Part shown: positions 1 to 8,708 of the stretch, piece by piece
Position numbering within the stretch: the first letter of the stretch is position 1
How the letters are laid out: each line of letters starts with the position of its first letter
NCBI GenBank assembly: GCA_045656925.1
Contig: JAZOSC010000074.1
Location: forward strand, 1 to 34,449
DNA from: Eubacteriales bacterium
GTDB taxonomy: Bacteria; Bacillota; Clostridia; Oscillospirales; CAG-272
Direction of reading: 5' to 3'
DNA length: 34,449 nucleotides
Notes under the pieces: model-generated
The model's database searches: none
The model's input: only the letters and a program-made list of their open reading frames with translations
What the model was told of the DNA's origin: nothing
Made by a program: the position numbers and the translations under genes

Positions 1-29
1 AAAACCCGACGCAATTGCGTCGGTTTTTT
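1..29. terminator. Bidirectional rho-independent terminator hairpin
   Basis: Stem CCGACGC (6-12) / GCGTCGG (17-23) with loop AATT. A T6 run at 24-29 serves the + strand. An A4 run at 1-4 becomes the U-run for the minus-strand transcript of the 88..4737 gene. The element is truncated by the window edge. Confidence 0.6.
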
Positions 30-34
30 ATTTT

Positions 35-67
35 CCCTGCCGCAGACCTGCGGCAGGGATTTTGTTT
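35..67 (+). terminator. Second hairpin terminator (tandem with the first) for a + strand gene left of the window
   Basis: Perfect inverted repeat CCCTGCCGCAG (35-45) / CTGCGGCAGGG (48-58) followed by ATTTTGTTT. On the minus strand it is followed by A-rich sequence, so it only terminates + strand transcription. Confidence 0.55.
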
Positions 68-87
68 GACAGCTATCTGTCCGATAA

Positions 88-3000
88 TTAAGACTTAGGC
101 TTTGCACCGGGCACATACTTACGAAGTGCCTCCTGGAACAAGTAGTTGTATCTGCTATAAGTCTTATTTTTCATAATAGATACGTAGCAGTAAACGCAAC
201 CGTTCTTCTCAGTCGGTACAGAATTCACATCATTCAATGCAACCTCTGCAACATTACGCATGGTGTTGCTGACACCGGCAGATGCATGCGTTGCCCAATA
301 ATACGTTTCATTGCCTTCAGCATCGGTTACCTTGGCAAATGCAATACCTGTAAAGCTTCTCGTATAATTGCTTGCCTTGATATTGATCAGCGAAGCGCGA
401 ATGGTAAGAGAACCGTCAGCCTCCGTCACAATACCGTCCTTAGCCTCGACAATTACATACTTCGCAGCGTTTTCTGTCAAAACCTTCAGGAAGTCAGTGC
501 CAAATTGCCAGCCATCTGCAAAGCTTTCAGACGGGAAGATCAGCGTACCATAGCTTACTGTGCCAAGCGTTGCAAGATATGCCGCACTGTCTGCAGATAT
601 GCTGGAGGTAAAGGTAATACCCTCTGCACCGAGAACAGGGCGAATAACGGGAGAACCCACCATCACGGGTGCATATTCCGTATAATAACCGAAGCACAAG
701 TAGTAAGACTGGCCCTCATAGGTGCTCAAGGAGGACGCAAGCAACGGCAAAGAATTTGTAGGAATAACAGTATCCTTCAAGAAATACGGCTTTTCCTCAA
801 GCGTATACAGTTTGAAGTCGCCCTCCAGACGAATATTTGCAAATTTGCTCATCTTGAGAATGGACTGATCACTGTCAGTGCGCTTGTCAACAAAAGTGCC
901 GCCCTTGATCAGAATACAAGCCGGCTGTTTACTAACTGCATAGACAATTGCATCATCAGCCTTATTGCCGCCATCTCTATCCTCAAAAAGGAAGGTGCCA
1001 TTGTTAATAACAAGCGGTGCCGTATTATGATCCAGATAAATCATACGTGTAGCCTTGGAAATAAAGGTACCGCCGTCAACGACAAAGGTAGCATTCATAC
1101 CCGTTGCTGTGGTGGCATTTCCGGTCAGGAAGAAGATACTCGCAGACTCTGTCTCAAAGGTGCCGTCTGTAATACGGAAGACGTATTGAGGGATCTCGCA
1201 GGACACATAGAATATAATAGATTTATCAAAGCCCTTGAAACTGCCACCCTCAATAGTCAGAACATTATGATCTTCGGTGACCGATACACCGGCAATTGTT
1301 GTAGTCAAATTAAACATATTCACCGTGTTGCGAGAAATATAACTGCCGCCTTTAATTACAATACTACCCTTGAATTCGGTGGAAATCGAGAACATACAGC
1401 AAGGCAAGGCGCTTGACGAAAGCACCGCACCAGATGTTATGTCAAGCTGAATGTCACTATCCTTTTCGGGGTTGAAAACAATATCGACAGCCTTCAACAA
1501 GAACAATGCTACCGCATCAGTTGTGGAATCAAATGTAGCCTTCATGGCCTTGATATCCAGTGTACCTCCCTCAAAGCCACTATTCATATAGAAGCCGGCA
1601 ACATCGTAGCCCGCCTTTCTGGAAAGGTCCTTAAAGGTCGGGTTTGTAGGCTTGAAGCCCGTGTATGCCGAATCTGCTTCCAAGGGATTTTTATCAATTC
1701 TGATGGCGCCCGGTGTATGCGCATAAATCCAATAACAGCCACCTGTAACCGTGCCACCGAAAATATTCAGCTGCATTGTTCCACCCGTAGCCTCATTCAT
1801 GGCAAAGACACAATAGGTATATTCATTCCCGGTAAAGCGACCACCATAAATATTAAAAATTGCTTTAGCGTTTGCAATATGAATCATCATGGCAGATGTG
1901 TTACAACTTGCAGCCCTGAAATTGGAACGGAAATCACCGTTATAAATGTTAAGCACACCGCCACCTTCTTTATAATAAACGATATGCGCTGCAACAAAGG
2001 TACCGCCATAAATATCAAGGTTTGTCAAATAATATTTGCTTCCGGTACGGAAAATGTGCGTACCCACTGTACGGCTGCTATCGGGAACGGCGTTATTTAT
2101 CGTAACGGTAAAGGTACCGCCGGAAACCCTCATGTCAACAGGGCCGGCAAAATACCACATATCGCGGCCGGCAACATCCTTCATTTTGAAGGTGCCTGCC
2201 GTAACATTAACCTTCACATGTTGATTTAAGTAGAAATAAAATCCTCGGTAGGTAAAGGAATCCTTTGCCTCAAACACAGGAGAGATTTCTTCCTCTCCCT
2301 GCTTGCGACTGCCAATTGTCAGAGTTGAAACGCAGTTGGACATATACCAGTGGTAACCGCCCGTAAAATAGCCGCCATAGAAGGATACGGGAAATTCCTT
2401 GAGAGAACCGGTACAGTAGACAATGGTGTATCCACAACCGCCGTCAAAGTTACCACCATAAATGGTCAAACTGACACTGTCGGTATCCTCATAAATAGTA
2501 ATCAAATGCGCTGCGTCCTTCGCAATATTGTCGCTCACAAGATTGCTCTTAAACGTACCACCGAAAATCATGATTTTTACCATGCCGTAATAGTCCATCA
2601 GCACACGGGTAGCTTCAAAATAACCATCGTGAATGATGAGTGTAGATGCCTCTCTGGACGCAGTTTTACGACTATCATCGTAAACAAACAGAGGACTGGT
2701 TTTTTCCTTTACCTTATTCGTCGCACCTTCGGGATCTTTATCTTTATCATCCAGTTCACGGTCAATGGCGTTCTTAACAAAGCGACCATTATAAATCACG
2801 ATGTTCGTCTTAACCGCTGCAACCTCAAAGATATTGCTGCCCTTGGTTACGTGGATAACGGGGCACATCGTTTTATCGGACGCATCGCCAAAAGTTAGCG
2901 TAGCACCGTTACCGTTGCTGATATAGATAAAATCTTCACTGCCTTTAGCAGTCATATCAAAGGTACCGCCTTTGATTGCCATAGTGGCACCGCCATACAA

Positions 3001-4737
3001 ATTGAAGGGCCTATCGCCGGAAAAGCTCCATTCGCCGCCCGCAATCGTAACACTGCCCTTCTGCAGCATAATACCCGTTTCCACAAAGGTGCCATCGATA
3101 ATCGTAAGCGTTGCCGATGCATGATTCAACAAGAAGAGCGGCTGAGTCTTATCCGTATTGGTAAAGCTACCGCCCGAAATGGTTAAGCTACTAGAGGTGG
3201 TGATTTCAAATGCCTCTTGGCACACAAACGTACCACCGGAAATCCCAATTGTGGCATTTCCCGTAAGTGAAAGCAGTACATCTGCCGTATACGTGCCACC
3301 TGTTATATTCAGCGTACCACCCTGCAATTCAAAAATCGGCTGCATGGTGACGCTTACACAGTTTGCGTTTACGTTAACCTTGCCTGCCACAACCTGAATA
3401 AAACTAATTCCGCCCAGTGTGTAAGAGCCGGACACGTTCAAAACAGCCTCGGCGTGGTTGACAATAATCGGAATCCAACCGGAAATATTAACAACCACAT
3501 GTGGGAAGCGACCTCCACCCGTACTCTGGTCCTCAATTTCTTTTTTGATTTGCTTATAAAAATCGCTGTCAAAAGAGCTGATATCATAAGTACCGGCCTG
3601 GGTGATTTCGTAATAACCATCAAATTCCGACAAAACAACAGAAATCTTATTCCAATCGAAATATTGGTCAAGCGCAGTATCCGGTGTTGAAGCGCCGTCA
3701 TCAAAGTATATTTTCAGGGTTTCGGCGCTGACTGCTTGGCCCAAGGTAAAGGACTTAAAAATAGCAGCCTGATTCGCCAGCAGCGCACCCGCACCAACCA
3801 CGTGCAGCTCACCGCCGTTCAGCGTAGCATTAACCGACGAGGTTTGTTTAAAGTTGAAAATCACCTTACCCTCAACCTTAGCACCGGCATCAATGGTAAC
3901 GGTAACAGGGTTCGGTGTCTGATCGGAATAAAACACTTCCTCAGATGCCTTGATGACAGCACCGCTTTTCAACGTGATAACAGAATCCTTCGCATTTCGG
4001 TTATTCAAATTGACAAGTCTTGCACACTCAACAGTTGCATTCTCTATAGAAAGTGTGTTGGTGTATCTTGCCTCTACGAGATTGCCACTGGTCAAAATTT
4101 TACCACCCGTGATGCTGATTGCAGAGTTTTTCGCACCCGACATGTAAAGATAGAAAATTCTGGCGGTGTCACCCATATTCAAATTGGTTTCGCCCGCAAC
4201 AACGATATTCGCTTTTTTGTTGCTATAGCAAAATGCCGTGGAAGCAGAGCCATTCACCTTGACGGAATTCAGCGTCAATGCGGTAGAGCCGTTCAGCGTA
4301 ATATACTCGGTCTGAGCAGTAGTAACGGTATCAGCCGCCGCAAGTGTCAAATTCTCAAGCGTGACAGCACCCGCCGTCAGATCAAGAAAGGTGGCAGCCG
4401 AGCCACTGCGAGAGGACACTACCGTATCCGCAAAGGTAATCGTCTTACCCTGCGTGCCACCCGTAATGGTATAGGTGAAAGCCTTGCTTAAGGCAACACC
4501 CGTGGCCTCGGTCACATCCTTCAGCACTACAACCTTGTAGTTGTTTGCCGTGACATTCGCAAGAGCATCAGTCAGCGTTACATAGTAGCCCACATGAACA
4601 CCACCGGCATCGACAACCTGATAGTTGTCCGTGGCAGCAGGTGCGGGTGTTCCGGTTGCAGATGCCATCAGAAGCATCGTCATCATCATCACGACGATCA
4701 GCACTGCAAGCAAAACCAAACGCAGTTGTTTCTTCAT
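88..4737 (-). CDS. Very large secreted surface protein (1549 aa) with parallel beta-helix-like repeats
   Basis: N-terminal signal peptide MKKQLRLVLLAVLIVVMMMTMLLMASA. About two dozen copies of the strand motif [IV]x[GDN]G[TSR][FY] (ISGGTF, IKGGTF, IYGGTF, VDGGTF, INNGTF and others) spaced ~40-60 aa apart. RBS AAAGGAGAG lies upstream of the ATG and a consensus promoter lies further upstream. I recognise no LPXTG, SLH or cell-wall-binding repeat. Confidence 0.85.
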   Translation of the reverse strand: MKKQLRLVLLAVLIVVMMMTMLLMASATGTPAPAATDNYQVVDAGGVHVGYYVTLTDALANVTANNYKVVVLKDVTEATGVALSKAFTYTITGGTQGKTITFADTVVSSRSGSAATFLDLTAGAVTLENLTLAAADTVTTAQTEYITLNGSTALTLNSVKVNGSASTAFCYSNKKANIVVAGETNLNMGDTARIFYLYMSGAKNSAISITGGKILTSGNLVEARYTNTLSIENATVECARLVNLNNRNAKDSVITLKSGAVIKASEEVFYSDQTPNPVTVTIDAGAKVEGKVIFNFKQTSSVNATLNGGELHVVGAGALLANQAAIFKSFTLGQAVSAETLKIYFDDGASTPDTALDQYFDWNKISVVLSEFDGYYEITQAGTYDISSFDSDFYKQIKKEIEDQSTGGGRFPHVVVNISGWIPIIVNHAEAVLNVSGSYTLGGISFIQVVAGKVNVNANCVSVTMQPIFELQGGTLNITGGTYTADVLLSLTGNATIGISGGTFVCQEAFEITTSSSLTISGGSFTNTDKTQPLFLLNHASATLTIIDGTFVETGIMLQKGSVTIAGGEWSFSGDRPFNLYGGATMAIKGGTFDMTAKGSEDFIYISNGNGATLTFGDASDKTMCPVIHVTKGSNIFEVAAVKTNIVIYNGRFVKNAIDRELDDKDKDPEGATNKVKEKTSPLFVYDDSRKTASREASTLIIHDGYFEATRVLMDYYGMVKIMIFGGTFKSNLVSDNIAKDAAHLITIYEDTDSVSLTIYGGNFDGGCGYTIVYCTGSLKEFPVSFYGGYFTGGYHWYMSNCVSTLTIGSRKQGEEEISPVFEAKDSFTYRGFYFYLNQHVKVNVTAGTFKMKDVAGRDMWYFAGPVDMRVSGGTFTVTINNAVPDSSRTVGTHIFRTGSKYYLTNLDIYGGTFVAAHIVYYKEGGGVLNIYNGDFRSNFRAASCNTSAMMIHIANAKAIFNIYGGRFTGNEYTYCVFAMNEATGGTMQLNIFGGTVTGGCYWIYAHTPGAIRIDKNPLEADSAYTGFKPTNPTFKDLSRKAGYDVAGFYMNSGFEGGTLDIKAMKATFDSTTDAVALFLLKAVDIVFNPEKDSDIQLDITSGAVLSSSALPCCMFSISTEFKGSIVIKGGSYISRNTVNMFNLTTTIAGVSVTEDHNVLTIEGGSFKGFDKSIIFYVSCEIPQYVFRITDGTFETESASIFFLTGNATTATGMNATFVVDGGTFISKATRMIYLDHNTAPLVINNGTFLFEDRDGGNKADDAIVYAVSKQPACILIKGGTFVDKRTDSDQSILKMSKFANIRLEGDFKLYTLEEKPYFLKDTVIPTNSLPLLASSLSTYEGQSYYLCFGYYTEYAPVMVGSPVIRPVLGAEGITFTSSISADSAAYLATLGTVSYGTLIFPSESFADGWQFGTDFLKVLTENAAKYVIVEAKDGIVTEADGSLTIRASLINIKASNYTRSFTGIAFAKVTDAEGNETYYWATHASAGVSNTMRNVAEVALNDVNSVPTEKNGCVYCYVSIMKNKTYSRYNYLFQEALRKYVPGAKPKS

Positions 4738-4818
4738 AGGAATACTCTCCTTTTTCTTATATTGCGGTAAGCCGCTCTATACGCGCGACCGCATAAGTCG
4801 CGACAAGTATACATTCAT

Positions 4819-4847
4819 ATTATATATGAATTCAAAATGGCAGTCAA
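4819..4847 (-). promoter_or_regulatory. Sigma-A type promoter of the beta-helix protein gene
   Basis: On the minus strand, TTGACT (4847-4842), a 17-nt spacer, then TATAAT (4824-4819). This sits ~80 nt upstream of the ATG at 4737. Confidence 0.6.
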
Positions 4848-4950
4848 TGGTTTTTGTACAATTTCGCGATTTTAAACAAAAAAACAGACTGTAAATCGTA
4901 CAGTTTGCCGTGCGTCCTTAGCTGCTTTCTGCAAAATTATCTGAAAGCAA

Positions 4951-4976
4951 AAAGGAACCGCCGAAAGCGGTTCCTT
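4951..4976. terminator. Bidirectional hairpin terminator directly after the rnhA stop
   Basis: Stem GGAACCGC (4954-4961) / GCGGTTCC (4967-4974) with loop CGAAA. It is flanked by an A-run on the left and a T-run on the right. On the minus strand the hairpin is followed by TTTTGCTTTC. Confidence 0.75.
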
Positions 4977-5477
4977 TTAAAGTGTAATCTGACCGTCGCC
5001 GTTCTCCCACGGCGGTGTGTCCTGCCCGACTGAGTCAGGCACAGGAAAGCTATCTGCAAAGGCGGTGGCAAGCTTATCGCAACGCTCGTTATACGGGTGC
5101 CCTGCGTGCCCACGTACCCATTGAAAGGTCACATTGTGCTTTGAAAGAAGCCCCAGAAGTTGTTCCCAAAGGTCTGCATTCAACGCAGGGGTTTTATCGG
5201 CCTTGCGCCAGCCACGTGCGCGCCAGGCCTCCGCCCAGCCGTTATTAACGGCTTCCACAACGTAACGGGAATCCGAGGTCAGTGTTACCTCACAAGGCTC
5301 CCGCAGAGCCGCAAGGGCCGCAATCACGCCCGACAGTTCCATGCGGTTGTTGGTGGTATACGGCTCACCGCCCGAAAGCTCTCTTTCATGCCGACCGTAT
5401 ACGAGAATGGCTCCCCAGCCACCCCTGCCCGGGTTGCCGCGGCAAGCACCGTCGGTATAAATATCCACGTGCTTCAT
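4977..5477 (-). CDS. rnhA: Ribonuclease HI
   Basis: MKHVDIYTDGACRGNPGRGGWGAIL...TTNNRMEL...VRGHAGHPYNERCDKLA matches the RNase HI catalytic DEDD core of E. coli RnhA. The start was chosen at the internal ATG at 5477, which forms an ATGA overlap with the stop of the upstream regulator gene. The longer ORF reaching 5516 would run into that gene. Confidence 0.93.
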   Translation of the reverse strand: MKHVDIYTDGACRGNPGRGGWGAILVYGRHERELSGGEPYTTNNRMELSGVIAALAALREPCEVTLTSDSRYVVEAVNNGWAEAWRARGWRKADKTPALNADLWEQLLGLLSKHNVTFQWVRGHAGHPYNERCDKLATAFADSFPVPDSVGQDTPPWENGDGQITL

Positions 5478-5851
5478 TCCGCACCCCTCACCTTCTTCAG
5501 GAAGGTGCGCAGACAAGAAACGGTTTCCTCGCTGAGATCATGCTCGATCTTACAGGCATCCTCCAACGCGACCTCGTGAGATACGCCAAGCGCCATCAGA
5601 ACCTCAGAAATAAGGCAATGCCGCTCATACATCCGCATTGCTACGGCAAGACCTGCCGCCGTCAGCGCAATTCCACCCTCACGCGATACGGCAACGAAGC
5701 CGCTTTCCCGCAGCTCGCGCAGCATCACGCTGACAGTGGGGCGAGAAAAGCCAAGTGCCGTGCAAAGATCAACTGCACGCACCTTATCCTTGGTTTTTGA
5801 CAGCATCAGAATCTGCTCCAGATAATTTTCGCCCGATTCATGAATCGCCAC
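5474..5851 (-). CDS. DtxR/MntR-family metal-dependent transcriptional repressor, minimal form (125 aa, no SH3-like C-terminal domain)
   Basis: N-terminal wHTH (ENYLEQILML...VRAVDLCTALGFSRPTVSVMLRELRESGFV) plus a dimerisation/metal helix with ERH and EDACKIEHDLSEE motifs. GTG start at 5851 is preceded by the RBS AAGGGGG at 7-nt spacing. Confidence 0.85.
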   Translation of the reverse strand: MAIHESGENYLEQILMLSKTKDKVRAVDLCTALGFSRPTVSVMLRELRESGFVAVSREGGIALTAAGLAVAMRMYERHCLISEVLMALGVSHEVALEDACKIEHDLSEETVSCLRTFLKKVRGAE

Positions 5852-5869
5852 GATCTCGCCCCCTTTCGG

Positions 5870-7180
5870 TTATTCTTCCTCCTCGTCCTCGGGAGCCGGC
5901 TTCAAAAATGCGGTCAGCCTGGTAACACGCTCCTCGTCCATGTCAGACACGATTACAAAGAGATTTTCATAGGAAAAGCTATCGCCCACGTGGGGGTTGG
6001 CCTCCAGCATTTCTACTGCCCAGCCACCCATCGTGGTGTATTCGCAGGTAAAATCCTTCGGTTGATGAAACCCGATTTCCTCAAAGCAGTCCTCAATGTT
6101 CATTTCACCCGAAACATCCCACGTATTTTCACCCGTGGGGATACACTCGGTTACAATCACATCGGTATCATCCCAGATATCGCCAACCAGCTCCTCCAGG
6201 ATATCCTCCATCGTCACAAGTCCAAGTGTGCCGCCAAACTCGTCAATGACAATGGCAAGATGCACCTGTGCATCGCGGATACGGGCAAGCGCGGCAGGCA
6301 GCTTCATCGTCTTGTGGAGCTTGCAGGGCTTCATCAAAAGCGCGCGGATGTCGGGATTTTCTGCATCCATTGCGGCCTTATAATAGCGGTTGAGGGAAAG
6401 CACACCGATGATATTATCAATGCTGTCCTCGTAAACGGGCAGACGGGAGAACTGCGCGGTATCGGAAAGAAGCGCGCGAATAGACTCCTCATCATCATCA
6501 ATATCAAACGCCGTCATATTGATACGGGGCGTCATAATTTCTTCTACAGTGATATCGTGGAACTCCAGTGCCGACTGCAAAAGCTCCCCCTGCTCCTCGT
6601 CAATAACGCCTTCCTCCTCGATCGTTTCAATCACAGAGGAAAGCTCCTCCTCAGTCAGGGTGGGGGCATCCTCATCACGGTCCTTGCCCCAGAGCTTACG
6701 AAGCACAAAAAGCAGGCCCATCACAACCAGCACGATGGGACTTACCAGCACCGTCAGGATACGGGTGGGAAGCGCCACAAAGCGTGCAACGGTATCGGCG
6801 TGCTGCTTAGCAAGCACCTTGGGTACAATCTCGCCGAAAATCAGAATGACAACAGTCACAAGAATGGTTGCAATAAAGGATGCCACGCCCGCCATTTCGG
6901 GAGCGAACAAATCCATAATAATCAAGGTAGAACAGGTAGAAACCGCAATGTTTGCAAGGTTATTGCCGACCAGAATGGTTGAGAGGGACATTGTAAAGTT
7001 TTCGGCAATACGGTATGCCATCCTTGCGGTACGGGAGCCCTCATCCGCCGCGCGACGCAGGCGCATGCGGTTGGCAGAGTTAAAGGCAATTTCCGAGGCG
7101 GAGAAATAGGCGGAGCAGCAAATCATGATGAAAATTACGAGATACGCCCACCACATTTTTGCAAAATGTACGGCAAACAT
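5870..7180 (-). CDS. CNNM/DUF21-CBS-CorC_HlyC family divalent cation transporter (the 'hemolysin family' / CorC/MpfA-like group)
   Basis: Four N-terminal TM helices (DUF21), a CBS pair (EEIMTPRINM...; RLPVYEDSIDNIIGVL) and a CorC_HlyC C-terminal domain, with an acidic tail EDEEEE. The ATG overlaps the upstream stop by 1 nt (TAATG at 7178-7182). Confidence 0.88.
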   Translation of the reverse strand: MFAVHFAKMWWAYLVIFIMICCSAYFSASEIAFNSANRMRLRRAADEGSRTARMAYRIAENFTMSLSTILVGNNLANIAVSTCSTLIIMDLFAPEMAGVASFIATILVTVVILIFGEIVPKVLAKQHADTVARFVALPTRILTVLVSPIVLVVMGLLFVLRKLWGKDRDEDAPTLTEEELSSVIETIEEEGVIDEEQGELLQSALEFHDITVEEIMTPRINMTAFDIDDDEESIRALLSDTAQFSRLPVYEDSIDNIIGVLSLNRYYKAAMDAENPDIRALLMKPCKLHKTMKLPAALARIRDAQVHLAIVIDEFGGTLGLVTMEDILEELVGDIWDDTDVIVTECIPTGENTWDVSGEMNIEDCFEEIGFHQPKDFTCEYTTMGGWAVEMLEANPHVGDSFSYENLFVIVSDMDEERVTRLTAFLKPAPEDEEEE

Positions 7181-8508
7181 TACTCAGTCACCTCCTCTGC
7201 AAGCGTGGCGGCACGGGCCGCAAGCTCCTCCTCGTCAAGGAAGTGCACAAATGTACGGACAGGGCGGGAATTCTCCACCGTTTCCACGGTAAACTCCAGC
7301 TCGTCAATCAGGAAGCTTTCCTCAACCTCAGGCAATCTGCCAAGGGTTTCCAGCACCCAGGAAAGCAAGGGCTTGCCCGCCAGCTGACGGGGCGCCTCAG
7401 AAAGGCCGACGCGCGCGTAAAAATCGCCTACCGTCATACGGGTATTGACAAGATAGCGATTGCCGCCAAGCGCCTGGAAATCCTGATCCACAACATCCTC
7501 TTCATCGAAGATTTCGCCGACCAGCTCCTCCAAAATATCCTCAATGGTAACCAGGCCTACGACCTGCTTTTTCTCATCACGTACAAGGGCCATATGGTGC
7601 TTGTGCTGGCGCATATCGGTCAGCAGGTCATCAATTTTGGCATCCTCCGTTACAAAGTAAGGGGCAGCCATCAGGCTGCGCAGCTTAATCTTTGGATTTT
7701 TACGGTATTCCGTCAGGAATGTGCGAATACGAAGCGTGCCGACAATGCGACTTGGCGCACCCACATATACAGGGATACGTGAGTGATTGGTCGCGCGGAT
7801 GACGGCAAGAATCTCCTCCGTGGTAGCGGCAACATTCAGTGCGTCCATATCACGGGCCATCGTCATAATATCCGATACAACCGTATCACCGAATTCAAGT
7901 GCAGATTTGAGCATATCGCCCTGCTCCTCATCCACAACGCCCTCCTCCTCAACGGTATCAAGGATTTCAAGCAGCTCATCCTCGGTAATCGAGGGTTCAA
8001 CCTGCTTGGGTGCAAACATCTTTGATGCCGCCGTCGAAATCAGACCGAAAAAGCCCGCAATGGGAGCGAGCACGCGCATCAGCACGCGAAGCGAGGCCTG
8101 AAAGAAAAGCGAGACGCTTTCGCTGCGGTCATTGGCAAAGGACTTGGGGATCATTTCGCTAAGCAGAAAGACCACCGCAGTCGATGCTGCCGACACGCCG
8201 ATGGAAAAGCCGAACGAATTGATGAATTCCGAGCTTTTGCCCATCGCCGTAAACATATTGGTGGCAATCAGCGTTGCAACCGATGCTGCCGCAATTTTGG
8301 TGACGTTGTTACCGACAAGCAGTGTTGTCAGTGCCTTATCAAAGCGATTCAACACCCACATCACACCGCGCGCACGACGATTTCCATCGTCGGCCAGGGT
8401 TTTGATCTTAATTTTGTTGACTGCCGAAAATGAGCTTTCGGTAGCCGCAAAATAAGCGCCGCCCACAATACAAAGTGCAAACACAATCCATAAAGGTATA
8501 CTGTCCAT
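7180..8508 (-). CDS. CNNM/DUF21-CBS-CorC_HlyC family divalent cation transporter, tandem paralogue
   Basis: Same architecture as the downstream gene (DUF21 TM region, CBS pair with SDIMTMARDM and RIPVYVGAPSRIVGTL, CorC_HlyC domain). RBS AAAAGGAG lies upstream of the ATG at 8508. Confidence 0.88.
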   Translation of the reverse strand: MDSIPLWIVFALCIVGGAYFAATESSFSAVNKIKIKTLADDGNRRARGVMWVLNRFDKALTTLLVGNNVTKIAAASVATLIATNMFTAMGKSSEFINSFGFSIGVSAASTAVVFLLSEMIPKSFANDRSESVSLFFQASLRVLMRVLAPIAGFFGLISTAASKMFAPKQVEPSITEDELLEILDTVEEEGVVDEEQGDMLKSALEFGDTVVSDIMTMARDMDALNVAATTEEILAVIRATNHSRIPVYVGAPSRIVGTLRIRTFLTEYRKNPKIKLRSLMAAPYFVTEDAKIDDLLTDMRQHKHHMALVRDEKKQVVGLVTIEDILEELVGEIFDEEDVVDQDFQALGGNRYLVNTRMTVGDFYARVGLSEAPRQLAGKPLLSWVLETLGRLPEVEESFLIDELEFTVETVENSRPVRTFVHFLDEEELAARAATLAEEVTE

Positions 8509-8559
8509 GAGAGAAAAACCAACTCCTTTTAAAATTAAATTTTGGCGTGTTTAAATTAT

Positions 8560-8588
8560 ATTATAACATTTATATAAAAAATTGTCAA
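8560..8588 (-). promoter_or_regulatory. Perfect-consensus sigma-A promoter of the CNNM-CNNM-dtxR-rnhA operon
   Basis: On the minus strand, TTGACA (8588-8583), a 17-nt spacer, then TATAAT (8565-8560). This sits ~50 nt upstream of the ATG at 8508. Confidence 0.65.
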
Positions 8589-8708
8589 GCATAGACGGAA
8601 AAAGCGCCCCCTTCAACGAATTTTCCAATATATGTAATGGATATTTTGGCAGGCGCTTACAAACAATAAGGGTGCAGCAAGCTGAAAACGAGCAATAAGG
8701 AGAACGAT

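Noticed and set aside
286-4491. Several + strand ORFs of 170-376 aa (286..1416, 1717..2229, 2350..2898, 3736..4491)
   Set aside because: All lie inside the 1549-aa minus-strand gene. The two longest (286..1416 and 3736..4491) are in the codon-aligned antisense frame; I did not check the register of the other two. The products are Arg, Cys and Ile-rich nonsense without an RBS.
5478-5516. 13-codon N-terminal extension of the rnhA ORF
   Set aside because: The extension overlaps the 3' end of the DtxR-like gene. RNase HI homology begins at MKHVDIYTDG, and the ATGA overlap at 5474-5477 is a typical coupling signal.
5840-6982. 380-aa + strand ORF, together with nested + strand ORFs at 6096..6383 and 6519..7109
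   Set aside because: The 380-aa ORF is codon-aligned antisense to the CNNM transporter gene (5870..7180), which has a clear DUF21-CBS-CorC architecture. None of these ORFs has a family resemblance or an RBS.
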